Shown piece after piece: positions 38,761-50,979 of a stretch of 64,000 nt of DNA; positions within the stretch are counted from its first letter, which is position 1; the number at the start of each line of letters is the position of its first letter. Location: assembly GCF_001194135.2 (NCBI RefSeq), contig NC_068981.1, positions 169,310,605 to 169,374,604 on the forward strand, written 5' to 3'. Source of the DNA: Octopus bimaculoides (taxonomy: Eukaryota). The position numbers and the translations under genes were made by a program. The notes under the pieces are model-generated. The model ran no database searches. It worked only from the letters and a program-made list of their open reading frames with translations, and was not told the origin of the DNA.

Positions 38761-39309
38761 TATCACAGCAAAGCGGACGAACTGGTAGAATCGGTAGCAC
38801 TCCTTGTGCCATGTGCCAAGATTTGAAGCTAAAATTACTATTACTAACTTCAATGCCGGTATTAGGTCACCACCGCTACAATCACAACCACCACCACCAC
38901 CGCCACCACCACAACCACTACCACCACCGCCGCCACCAATAATAATACCAACAACAACACAATTTGCAACAACTACAGAAACAACATTAACAATACGGAG
39001 GTGAGTGACAAAAAACTGCAGACGATTTTTCTCTTAAATCACACCTTGGTCAATGCAGTTTTAGATACCCATCAGTGGAATAGCCATCATTGGAATATCT
39101 ATGATTATAGATCTGCTTATACTAAAGTTGATTTTGGTTTAAACAGCAACAATTTCTATACCGACAACGACAACGACGACTAATGCAACATCTGCAATAC
39201 TATGATAGACACCAACAATATGCATAGCAAACAACATAACCATTATCTTCATAAACATGACACCTAACGTAGCTTCAGTGAACATATGTGGGTTCCATAG
39301 ACTTGCTAG

Positions 39310-39760
39310 AAATAAGTCAGTTGTGTGATCAAGAAGCTCGCTTTGCAATCATGATTTCTTTCTGGTTCAGTTCCACTTTACTTGAGTGACTGCCTTCTAC
39401 TGTAACTCGGGCCGACCATCACTTTGTGATTGAATTTGTGAATTTTGTTGATAGAGGCTGTATGGAATCCTGTCGTACATGTGAGAGAGCTTGTGTATGT
39501 GTGTGTGCGTATGTATATGTGTATGTATGTGTGTCTGTATGTGTCTATTTGTATACCTGTGCCTTTTTGTTTGTTTCCAATTCACCATTGCTCGACAACG
39601 GTGTTGGTAGTTTACATCCCCGTAGCTTAGAGATTCAGCGAAAGAAACGGATAAAATGAGTACTACACTCCAAATATATATACTGAGACCATGTTTTTGG
39701 ACTACACCCTTCAAAGCTGTGTCCCAGCTTGAAACAAATAATTTAAAAAAATCAAAGCTA
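39310..39760 (+). mobile_element. Degenerate SINE family A
   Basis: Landmarks cttctactgtaactcgggccgacc, internal (TG)-rich tract, ctcgacaacggtgttgg..tttacatccccgtagcttag. Confidence 0.65.
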
Positions 39761-40289
39761 TCGCTTCTTACGTTAAGGAAAATCAAAACGAAAACGCAAC
39801 GAAGGAAAACATTGACCAGTGTAGTCGTGAATTTGCAAAATGATAAGATAATCATAGTTATGATACTTTAGGGCATGTCTAATTCATCAGATTTGAACTG
39901 GGGCTAAAAGCCTACTCAATACGCGAATAAAAAATATTATCAACAACAGAGGGCAGTGCAGAAGTCTCAAAGGCCAGCAAAAATTTCAATAATACCAGTA
40001 AAAGCAATCATTAAACTCAGGAGGCAAACGTATGTGTGAGCATGTTTTTGTGCTTATACCTATACCGCTTGTCAACTGGTGTTGGGTTGTTTACGTTCCC
40101 ATAACCTAGCGATCTGGCAAGAGTACCTGTCAACGAGGATTTATATGACCCGAGTGTGGTGTGGGTGCATATAAAATTTTGTTTAAGTTTATGCGCAATA
40201 AATTAAGTTATACTTCTATTATGCACAACATATTCAAATTTTCTATATAATTGTTAATAATGTTTAATTGAAAAATACAGTATTCTTAT

Positions 40290-40520
40290 ATTCTTTTAGT
40301 CGTTTCATTCATTTCACTGTGGACTTGCTGGAGCACCACCTTAAAGGGTTTCAGTCGAAAAATCGAGCCCGGGACACATTCTTTCTAAGTCTTTCTATGA
40401 GTCTCTCTTGCCGAAACTCTAAGTAACGAGGACATAAACACACCAGCATTGGTTTTCAAGCGATGGCGGGAAGTTAAACACAGACATACACACATACGTA
40501 CATACATACACAAACACACA
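40290..40520 (-). mobile_element. SINE family A 3' part
   Basis: cttttagtcgtttc...gctggagcaccacctt...ttgccgaaactctaagtaacgaggacataaacacaccagcattggtt. Confidence 0.75.
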
Positions 40521-41551
40521 TATATAGAATATGAAGGGTTTTACTCACTGATGAACTAAACGAATAGGTATGCTGAGTAAGTGCTATAATTGGTCATCCG
40601 TTAGGTTCCAAGTTCATGGCTGAGACTAGAGCTAAGGATCCGTATGAGGCTTGCATGCTAGCAGTTATATATTAAATTAGAGGAAAAAGGAGAATAAAAC
40701 CTAAGGCAGAACGAGTATCCCAAGTCGTTTAGAATATTTTAAGTGAGGTTAATTTGAAGTCTTACAGCTGTTTCTAGGATATCCCAAGTGATAGGCTAGT
40801 ATGTTCATATACTGGGTATTCTGTCGTCAGAGGCAAGGTGAGTAAGTATGGAAGTTCTAGACAGGGAAATTCATAGTTTATAAGGAATAAAATAGAAGAA
40901 TAAAGAGTAGAAGTAGATAGAAGAATACTCGCAGGAAAATAAAGTTCACAGTTCATCGTTTTCCATAGGATATGGAGGTTGGTCCGTATTTCCTTGAAGG
41001 TATAAGCCCTAAGGTATAATCCCAGGTTAATCCAGGTAGTATTTTGGCGGTACTTTGAATGATGCGTTCATATTGAAATAATGGATTAAGTGGTAAGCTA
41101 GTATATAAAAGGTCTACGTGGGTGTATAGAGTGAGAAAGACATACATCAAAATATACAAAAATGGGTTGGGAATGAGTGGGTAGAAGAGAGAGGAGAAAG
41201 AGAGGAAAATAAAGAAATGGGATAGGTGTGGGTAAGCGAAAGTAAAGACAATAAATGTAAAGTAAAATCAAAAATCAAAATCAAAATCAAAATTAAAAAT
41301 AAAGACAAGATGACAGTATTATTCTTCGTAAGTGTCGGTTCGGAGTGAGAGGTCAGGCGTTAAGGTTTTGGTAACGTGGAGGGGGGGAGGAATTTATATC
41401 TATTAATTAGATTAATTCTAGGTTAGGTGTGGCCACAGAGAATATTCACAATATTTACATTATTTACATTTGACGGATGTTTGTCCTACTGCTCTATGTT
41501 GTACTATTTATGGACGAGTTAAAGTTTAGGGTAGTATTAGGGGACTGGCTC

Positions 41552-41618
<67 letters not shown>

Positions 41619-41620
41619 TA

Positions 41621-41830
41621 AGGCGGCGAGCTGACAGAATCGTTAGCACACCGAACAAAATGCTTAGCGGTATTTCACTTGTCGCTAATTTCTGAGTTCA
41701 AATTCCGCCGAGGTCATCTTTGCCTTTCATCTGTTCGGCGTCGATAAATCAAGTACCAGTGAAACATTGAGGTTGATGTAATCAACTGGTCCCCTCCCCG
41801 CAAAATTTGAGGCCTTGAGTCTCCAGTAGC
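41621..41830 (+). mobile_element. SINE family B, preceded by (TTA)n at 41553-41619
   Basis: ggcggcgagctgacagaatcgttagcac...ttctgagttcaaattccgccgaggtc...gtcgataaatcaagtaccag...ggccttgag. Confidence 0.9.
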
Positions 41831-42137
41831 AAGAATTATTATTGTTACTACTACTACTACTACTACTAGTAATGTTAATTTTGGAAATTACTTTTGGAAA
41901 TAGTTATAATATTTAGGGAAATAATTTTTCAAAATGTTAGAAGGAAAAAAAAAAACAAGAATGAAGATCAGTAGAAGAGTGATTGAATAGTAAGACAGGG
42001 GTAAAGCATGAGCGATAGTAGAAGTGTCATTGAATAGTGAGAGAGGGGGTCGGAGGAGTAAAGTCGAAAAGTATGACACAGTGACACACTGATTTTCACT
42101 TTTGCATTTATTATTATAAATTACACGACTATCACTA

Positions 42138-42525
42138 AACACCATTCTAAAGTGTGATTTTTATGTTGTTGAATTGCTCTAAACTAATTTGACCATAAAA
42201 ATGTCAGAAATTTAGTATTTTTAAAGATAATAATAAAATTAGTCGAACCTATTTTCATGCTGTCGAAAGCGTAAAGTTTCCGAAATTTTCATACTTTTTA
42301 TATCTGCTATTTTAGAATTCTACGCATGCGTAAAATATCAAATGACAGCACATTCAATAACATATTCATACACGCAACGACATAAAGAAACATAAGAATA
42401 GCTCCGACGGCCGACGGCATGAAAATAAGCCCGACAAATTTTATTAATATCTTAAGAAATACTCAACATTTTCATGGTCAAATTCGCATAAAAATCGCAT
42501 AAAAATCGCACTTTAAGATAGTGTT
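42138..42525. mobile_element. MITE / non-autonomous DNA transposon with long (~115-130 bp) imperfect terminal inverted repeats
   Basis: The left arm aaagtgtgatttttatg...aatttgaccataaaaatgt...agtatttttaaagataataataaaattagtcgaacctattttcatgctgtcg aligns with the reverse complement of 42405-42525. The flanks read TA|aacac...gtgtt|TA. Confidence 0.75.
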
Positions 42526-42660
42526 TATCGAGTATGGTGTAATTGTGATTTCCACCGAAGACTAATAACATTTTTTTTCAAAATGACACCGATAGAAACA
42601 TTTGAAAGAACGGAGCCGGTTAAGAGACAATGAAGAGAAGTAGTAAATATGTGTATGTAT

Positions 42661-42728
<68 letters not shown>

Positions 42729-43616
42729 NNNNNNNNNNNNNNNNNNNNNNNNNNNNNNNNNNNNNNNNNNNNNNNNNNNNNNNNNNNNNNNNNNNNNNNN
42801 NNNNNNNNNNNNNNNNNNNNNNNNNNNNNNNNNNNNNNNNNNNNNNNNNNNNNNNNNNNNNNNNNNNNNNNNNNNNNNNNNNNNNNNNNNNNNNNNNNNN
42901 NNNNNNNNNNNNNNNNNNNNNNNNNNNNNNNNNNNNNNNNNNNNNNNNNNNNNNNNNNNNNNNNNNNNNNNNNNNNNNNNNNNNNNNNNNNNNNNNNNNN
43001 NNNNNNNNNNNNNNNNNNNNNNNNNNNNNNNNNNNNNNNNNNNNNNNNNNNNNNNNNNNNNNNNNNNNNNNNNNNNNNNNNNNNNNNNNNNNNNNNNNNN
43101 NNNNNNNNNNNNNNNNNNNNNNNNNNNNNNNNNNNNNNNNNNNNNNNNNNNNNNNNNNNNNNNNNNNNNNNNNNNNNNNNNNNNNNNNNNNNNNNNNNNN
43201 NNNNNNNNNNNNNNNNNNNNNNNNNNNNNNNNNNNNNNNNNNNNNNNNNNNNNNNNNNNNNNNNNNNNNNNNNNNNNNNNNNNNNNNNNNNNNNNNNNNN
43301 NNNNNNNNNNNNNNNNNNNNNNNNNNNNNNNNNNNNNNNNNNNNNNNNNNNNNNNNNNNNNNNNNNNNNNNNNNNNNNNNNNNNNNNNNNNNNNNNNNNN
43401 NNNNNNNNNNNNNNNNNNNNNNNNNNNNNNNNNNNNNNNNNNNNNNNNNNNNNNNNNNNNNNNNNNNNNNNNNNNNNNNNNNNNNNNNNNNNNNNNNNNN
43501 NNNNNNNNNNNNNNNNNNNNNNNNNNNNNNNNNNNNNNNNNNNNNNNNNNNNNNNNNNNNNNNNNNNNNNNNNNNNNNNNNNNNNNNNNNNNNNNNNNNN
43601 NNNNNNNNNNNNNNNN

Positions 43617-43652
<36 letters not shown>

Positions 43653-43665
43653 TATATATACACAT

Positions 43666-43780
43666 GGAAACAGTTTGTTTCGTTCACGGGAGTTCTCGTT
43701 TCATTGTTTCATTATTTCATTTCTTGTTTCATATACGCGAATTTACGAGAAATCCCGTGAATGAAACGAAACTGTTTTCC
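43666..43780. repeat. Short inverted repeat (34/36-bp arms, ~45-nt spacer)
   Basis: ggaaacagtttgtttcgttcacgggagttctcgt versus the reverse complement of acgagaaatcccgtgaatgaaacgaaactgttttcc: 2 mismatches and 2 single-base indels. Confidence 0.85.
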
Positions 43781-44364
43781 AAAGTGGACGCGAAGACCTT
43801 TCTCCATGTGATCGGTTTAAAAAAAAATTTAAGACACTAGGATGTTTTCCTACTCTTCTTAACATGAAACCAATGGTAGCCTTAATTCACAAATAAAGAA
43901 TATGTATATAAAGGTCCAGTAGAGTAAAATAGGAATCAAATACTCTGCAGGCAAAGAATTGTTGAGAACTACTAATGTGGACCTAGGTGATGAAAAACTG
44001 CAAAAGTAGAAAGCTGAATAAGCAAGATCGGAACGCCTGATCCCATTGGTTTGATCAATACCAATCTAAAACAACAACAATTATAGAATTAGAATGGTTT
44101 TTGTACGACAACAAAAATAACACCAACGAACAATAGCAAAACGAATTATGACAAGCACCAAAGAACTAGAGTAATTAAAGTCACTGTAATGAAATTAACG
44201 ATATGAAAAAGAGGACTATCTGCGTAATGCACTTTTCAAACCGTCAAGAATCAAGTGCAAAGCAAACAGAAAACTAAATTACATCGCATACTTCCACTCA
44301 AAGATCATACACATCAGCACTCACAGAGAAATAGAAAAAGACGAGGGTGTGAGAGAGTGTGTGT

Positions 44365-44414
<50 letters not shown>

Positions 44415-45262
44415 GAGAGAGAAATGGAAAGAAAGAGAAAGAAAAGGAGTGAGAGAGACAGTAGTACATACAACATAAGTGTGTTTACATAAACTATATA
44501 TTAGAATTCACGTGATATTGAAATGATTAGTAGGGTAGATAAATAAAAGCTTAATGAAAATTGTCGAAAAACAACACACGTACACAAGTACAAACACATT
44601 TATGCACACGCACTCACGCAGAGTTACACACACACGTGCACGACACATACACATGCACACACATAAGTATGTACTTTAGGTGACTGGTGATCTACTGAAT
44701 GATGTATGCAAAAATATTTCATAACGAATTCAAATTTCCCCCTTAGGTGAAGAAGAAAACAAAGAAAAACAGAACTATTAATAAATGTTAGTGAATCTCA
44801 AATTAAAAGTGAGATAATTTTCCCAAAATTAGAATTAATTTCACAGATAAATTTCATGCATATCTAATTTTGCGACCCTTGATAGTAGTCGAGGTCAAAT
44901 CTACTGACATATTTTGATGTTATTAGAATTCAGGAATGAAATCTAATATGCTCTTAATTTTGTTGTTCAAAAGTTTTAATTTTACTAGGAGAAAAATGAT
45001 GCTAAAATTTATGGACCGTATCAAGTATATTGTTTCAAATCTTTTCTTAGGAATGAGGGTGTGTAAGTGTACATATGAGCATCTATATACAGATATATAA
45101 ATACACACACACAAACACAAATATATATGTACACTCGTCTATAGGCGTCTGTAAGTGTATACATACATGCACACATACATGCATAATTTATTCTCCCCCC
45201 CCCCATGCAGTGTTGAGCATCTATTCTCGTTGTTCGACATTTATGTGTGTATATATATATGC

Positions 45263-45303
<41 letters not shown>

Positions 45304-45696
45304 AGAGAAAAAAAAACACAATTATTGAATTCATCCATGAAAATCCACAAGCACATACAGAAAAATTTAATAAGTAAATGTACTAAAAAGACCCATAATA
45401 AAAAAAACAAAGTAATAAATATTAAAATAATAAAACGACTACACCTGTTTCATAACCACATTTTCAAATAGAAAATAAAATAAAAATCAAATCGATTCAA
45501 ATTAAATTCAAAATAAATCGATCGAAAATCAATATACTTATATATATTTACATATATATGCATATACATACATATATATATTTATACGTATATATACACA
45601 CATATATATATATATATACATGTATAATATATATATATAAATATATGCATTGATATATATTTATACATATATACATATACATATATATACATATAT

Positions 45697-46030
45697 GACC
45701 GACACTCCGTCGGTTATGACGACGAGTGTCCCAGTTAATCCGATCAACTGGAGCACCTAACGTAGCCTTAACGTAGTTCTCGGGGAGATTCAGCTTGACA
45801 CAGACTGTTATAAGGCTGACCCTTTGAAATACAGGTACAACAGAAACAGGAAGGAAGAGTAAGAGAAATTTGTGGTGAAAGAATACAACAAGGTTTGCCA
45901 ACACCCCCTGCCGGAGCCTCGTGGAGCTTTACGTGGTTTCGCTCAATAAACACTGACAAACGAAACCGCGATCCTAATACTTGATACGGTCCATAATACC
46001 GCGAGTCCACTGGGCATTGCGCCTCTACTG
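45697..46030 (-). mobile_element. tRNA-derived SINE sharing its body with the copy at 58538-58860
   Basis: Minus-strand head gaggcgcaatgcccagtgg...gatcgcggtttcg; body gtacctgtatttcaaagggtcagcc...ctgaatctccccgagaactacgttaagg...gatcggattaactgg. Confidence 0.75.
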
Positions 46031-46061
<31 letters not shown>

Positions 46062-46861
46062 GNNNNNNNNNNNNNNNNNNNNNNNNNNNNNNNNNNNNNN
46101 NNNNNNNNNNNNNNNNNNNNNNNNNNNNNNNNNNNNNNNNNNNNNNNNNNNNNNNNNNNNNNNNNNNNNNNNNNNNNNNNNNNNNNNNNNNNNNNNNNNN
46201 NNNNNNNNNNNNNNNNNNNNNNNNNNNNNNNNNNNNNNNNNNNNNNNNNNNNNNNNNNNNNNNNNNNNNNNNNNNNNNNNNNNNNNNNNNNNNNNNNNNN
46301 NNNNNNNNNNNNNNNNNNNNNNNNNNNNNNNNNNNNNNNNNNNNNNNNNNNNNNNNNNNNNNNNNNNNNNNNNNNNNNNNNNNNNNNNNNNNNNNNNNNN
46401 NNNNNNNNNNNNNNNNNNNNNNNNNNNNNNNNNNNNNNNNNNNNNNNNNNNNNNNNNNNNNNNNNNNNNNNNNNNNNNNNNNNNNNNNNNNNNNNNNNNN
46501 NNNNNNNNNNNNNNNNNNNNNNNNNNNNNNNNNNNNNNNNNNNNNNNNNNNNNNNNNNNNNNNNNNNNNNNNNNNNNNNNNNNNNNNNNNNNNNNNNNNN
46601 NNNNNNNNNNNNNNNNNNNNNNNNNNNNNNNNNNNNNNNNNNNNNNNNNNNNNNNNNNNNNNNNNNNNNNNNNNNNNNNNNNNNNNNNNNNNNNNNNNNN
46701 NNNNNNNNNNNNNNNNNNNNNNNNNNNNNNNNNNNNNNNNNNNNNNNNNNNNNNNNNNNNNNNNNNNNNNNNNNNNNNNNNNNNNNNNNNNNNNNNNNNN
46801 NNNNNNNNNNNNNNNNNNNNNNNNNNNNNNNNNNNNNNNNNNNNNNNNNNNNNNNNNNNNN

Positions 46862-47215
46862 NCAGTTCCACTGCGTGACACCTTGGGCAAGTGTTTCTTA
46901 CTATAGCGTCGGGCCGACCAAAGCCTTGTGAGTGGATCTGGTTGACTGAAACTAAAAAAAAGACGTGCGTGTGTGTTTGTGTCTGTGTGCTTATGTATTT
47001 GTGTCTGTGTTCCTCCCCCCCCCAACGCCGATTCGCAACCGATGTTGGTATGTTTACGTCCCCGTAACGTAGGAAAAGAAATTGATAGAAAAAGTACTGG
47101 GCTTACAAAGAAGAAGACCCGAGGTCGATTTCTTCGACTAAGACAATTTCATGCAGTGCTCCAGCATGACCGCAATCGAATGACTGGACTGAAACATGTA
47201 ACAGAGAGTCTAAAA
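46862..47215 (+). mobile_element. SINE family A (head inside the assembly gap)
   Basis: cagttccactgcgtgacaccttgggcaagtgtttctactatagc.tcgggccgaccaaagccttgtgagtggat...tgctccagcatgaccgca. Confidence 0.85.
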
Positions 47216-48258
47216 AAAGAGCAGTTACCCACAGAACTTCTAATTTATAAGTACCTAAACCAACAGATAAATAAATATTTGCTTTATTTAAAACAGACAT
47301 TTCTACACACAACCTGTATTATATAGCATTTTCAATAAAAAGAATAATTAAAATCTAATTTCCAATGCTTCATTTTGTTCAAACTATAAGCTCTTCTATC
47401 CTATCTAACGTAATTACACAAGCTATTCTTTGATAACAGCGTCAAGTCTTCGAAGTAACCCCTCGACTCTTATTTATTATGGTTAAATATAGTTTGCTAG
47501 TCTAATGTTCAAAACTACTATTCATCGAAAGTTTATAAAAGCCTTACAGCTATCCTCTTTACATTCACAATCACAAACATATAAGTCATTTTGTAGATTT
47601 CTCTGGAACATCTATTACTTCACTCACTAGTATTTAAGGCCTATAAAATTCTAATACACATACGCTAGCATGTAAAAATTATGTTCCAGGTTAAAGCTTA
47701 TCTACCTTTGCGGTATATTGAAGTAATTTCCTTCAGAGATTTATAATTGAATAGACCTTCCGACGTTAATGCGATCAAGCGGACGCTGCTTAACGGAGAT
47801 TTCATGACATCAAGAACATTGCTGAATAGGATGCCACTGAAACGCATCTGTAAAGGATTTCTATAACCAAAACAGAAATGCTAAGAAAAACTAAGAAACC
47901 TCTTCGATATCTCTTCAAACAATTAGGCGCTTTAACCTTTAAGGTGGAAGAATAAGTTTGTCTAGAAATCCCGATAAATGCCTAAGTGACAATCCGCATA
48001 AGCTTGGGTTTCTGGAAAACAGAAATCAACTAGGTACATTACAAATACAGTGTTTATGTGGAAGAGTAAAATTATGCAAGAATTTTCTGAAGTTGAAAAC
48101 ATGAATTTGTTCTTGTTATTTACATTCCAACGAGGAAATCATATATGTATGTATGTGTGTATGTATGTATGTATGTATGTATGTATGTATGTATGTATGT
48201 ATGTGCGTGTGTTTCGTCGTTGGAATGTAGGACGGATTGATAATACCTCACTATTAGG

Positions 48259-48312
<54 letters not shown>

Positions 48313-48947
48313 TGTGTATGCATATATATATATATATGGATATGCATGCGCGCACACACGCATATTTCGTAGTAACCGAACCGAGGACGATAGTTAGCTA
48401 GCCGACACATTTGAGCGGCTGTCAAAATGCTATACAACATTTAATTACGTCCCTTTAACTTATATTCTACACAAGTGGATATAATACAATAATAGTGAGG
48501 TATGACCCGTGCAAACTCATGGCCAATACCTTCCACAAAATTTATGGTCGTAAGCTTGAGATAAATATCAATACAGAAAGAAAATAACTACGTACATTGG
48601 CTGATAAACAGATTGAGTCAGAGACGGAAGGAGAGATATAGACAAGTGATAGAGTGAATGAGAGAGTGATAGAACATATATAGGTTAGTAAAAGGAGAAA
48701 GAGTGATATATTTAGAGGGCGGAGGGGATATAAAGATTGGGATGTGTACGAGCAGATGCATATTCGTGTACAGAAAGTAAAATATAATTTGAAGAAGCAT
48801 ATATTAAAAGTATATGTAATAATTCTTTCTTTACAACAAAATTTACCCAATATTTACATGATATTGTTTTTAGCTATATATGCTACTGGATCCTGTGTGT
48901 GTGTGTGTATGTGTGTATGTATATATGTTTGTGTGTATTTATGCAAG

Positions 48948-49259
48948 CACATGGCTTAGCAGTCAGGGTGTTGCTCTCACGATCTAGCGTTCGTTGTTTC
49001 GATACCCAGAGAGCGCGGTGTGATGTTTTCCTGGGCATAACACTTCATATCACATTACTCCGTCCACTCAGCTATAAGTGTGTAACCCTCGACAGAATAG
49101 ACTTCTGCTCGAGGAGGATGGTGTTGCCAGCTCGCCTAGCGAGTGAGGAGGCATCATGCGAAAGTTAAACAGATGCACAACACATTGTGACCAGCGATGA
49201 ATAAATCAATATGATAGTCTGATCAATTATGTGATCTCTTGATATACGTACATACATAT

Positions 49260-49300
<41 letters not shown>
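48948..49300 (+). mobile_element. SINE family C (tRNA-like head with a distinct body)
   Basis: gcacatggcttagcagtcagggtgttgctctcacgatc...gtttcgataccc...cataacacttcatatcacattactccgtccactcagct; body ...cctagcgagtgaggaggcatcat...cattgtgaccagcgatg. Confidence 0.65.
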
Positions 49301-49333
<33 letters not shown>

Positions 49334-49357
49334 GTATATACATACACGTATATATAT

Positions 49358-49560
49358 TTGACTGGTGCCATGCTGGAACATCGCCTTTTAGCCGAAGAAA
49401 TCGACCCTTGGACTTGTTCTTTGTAACCCTGCTATTTATTCTATCCGTCCCTTCTGCCGAACCGCTAGGCTATATATTGGTGATTAGTAAGGGATTTCTC
49501 CCAACATTTACCTATGCAGTAGAAACATGTGTGGGTCTATTTGAAGTTGTGTATAAAAAG
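49358..49560 (-). mobile_element. SINE family A 3' part
   Basis: gactggtgccatgctggaacatcgccttttagccgaagaaatcgaccc...cttctgccgaaccgctagg. Confidence 0.75.
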
Positions 49561-49619
49561 GATTTAAAGGTTATGCTAATGCCACTTTGTAATAATCCTT
49601 ATTATATATATATATGTGA

Positions 49620-49685
<66 letters not shown>

Positions 49686-49693
49686 TGTATGTG

Positions 49694-49737
<44 letters not shown>

Positions 49738-50409
49738 AGAGAGAGAGAGAGGGAGAGAGAGAAAGAGCTTTGTAAAAATTACTTGATATAGTTTCAATAA
49801 TTAGAAAAAAGATTTAAAAAAATGTTATTACTATTTAAAAATTCTTTTATAGAACAAAACAACACTAACCCTTGTCGAAAAAGTTTGTGTATAGTGTATA
49901 TTTTATTTCTCATGTGCATTTTGTGTAAGCAATGTTCAACTTCTCAAACACACTTTCCGAGCTAATTGCACATAGAGAAAGTTGTATTTTTTGTAACGGT
50001 GTTAGATTCTTCCGGTTTAGTTTTGAATTAGAATCCTCATAAAGTTACAAAGCCTTACGGACAGCAACACACGAAACACATGAGTAGTAGAAGTAATACA
50101 CGTAAATGTGTATAAATCATGACATAATCAAAGCATAGTCGTGCTATGGTTATAATATAAATATAAATATCCATTTGTAGTCATGAATATTCCATTTGTG
50201 GTCAGCCATACTATGTAGGTGTGTTTGTGTTATGTGAGTACAAAAGAAGTTAGGAAGAGTTAGAATGAACAGCGTTCCAAAGAATATGGAAAATATTTTA
50301 AAATAATTTTTTGAGTTTTCTTACATGCATCGTATTGAAGATGTTTAGTCAGTTTATACACCTGCACAAGCAAAGGGCCTAGACAAACTCAGATTAAAAT
50401 ATAGGTATG

Positions 50410-50476
<67 letters not shown>

Positions 50477-50483
50477 AAGATGG

Positions 50484-50570
50484 GGAGGGAAGGGAATGGA
50501 GAGGGAAGGGAATGGAGAGGGAAGGGAATGGAGAGGGAAGGGAATGGAGAGGGAAGGGAATGGAGAGGGA
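50484..50570 (+). repeat. 16-bp purine minisatellite (GAGGGAAGGGAATGGA) x ~5, after (GA)n
   Basis: Directly visible tandem units. Confidence 0.9.
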
Positions 50571-50979
50571 AAGGGAGAGATATATGGAAAAACAGAAAGG
50601 CAGAAGTGGAAAGGGAGAAATGGCGATTAGGTGTGTTAGGACGCATGCAAACACAGACGCGTATATATCTACACACACATACTGTTCGTATATTTCGAGG
50701 TTTATAGATAGTTACATTAAAAAATTGTTTAAGTAGATGGAATTGTAATTCTGGTAATTGACGGCATTATGAAGATGAGACGGTTTCATTTTAATGGTAC
50801 AGGAGTGTTGTACTCTCTTAAATTACAACAATCCTTAAAACACATTAAATGTATGTAATGTATTTCTGAAGAAACTTAACTTTATACTTTAAAATGAAGG
50901 AAGACATGGGAACATTACAGTGAAATTCCTTAAAAAAGAAAAAGGAAAAGAAAATATTTATCTGGCTTTCTTGAAATAG

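Noticed and set aside
38804-39006. Proline-rich ORF ending at a G|gtgagt donor-like site
   Set aside because: It derives from (CCA)n/(ACA)n low-complexity sequence directly after a SINE fragment, with no acceptor or homology support.
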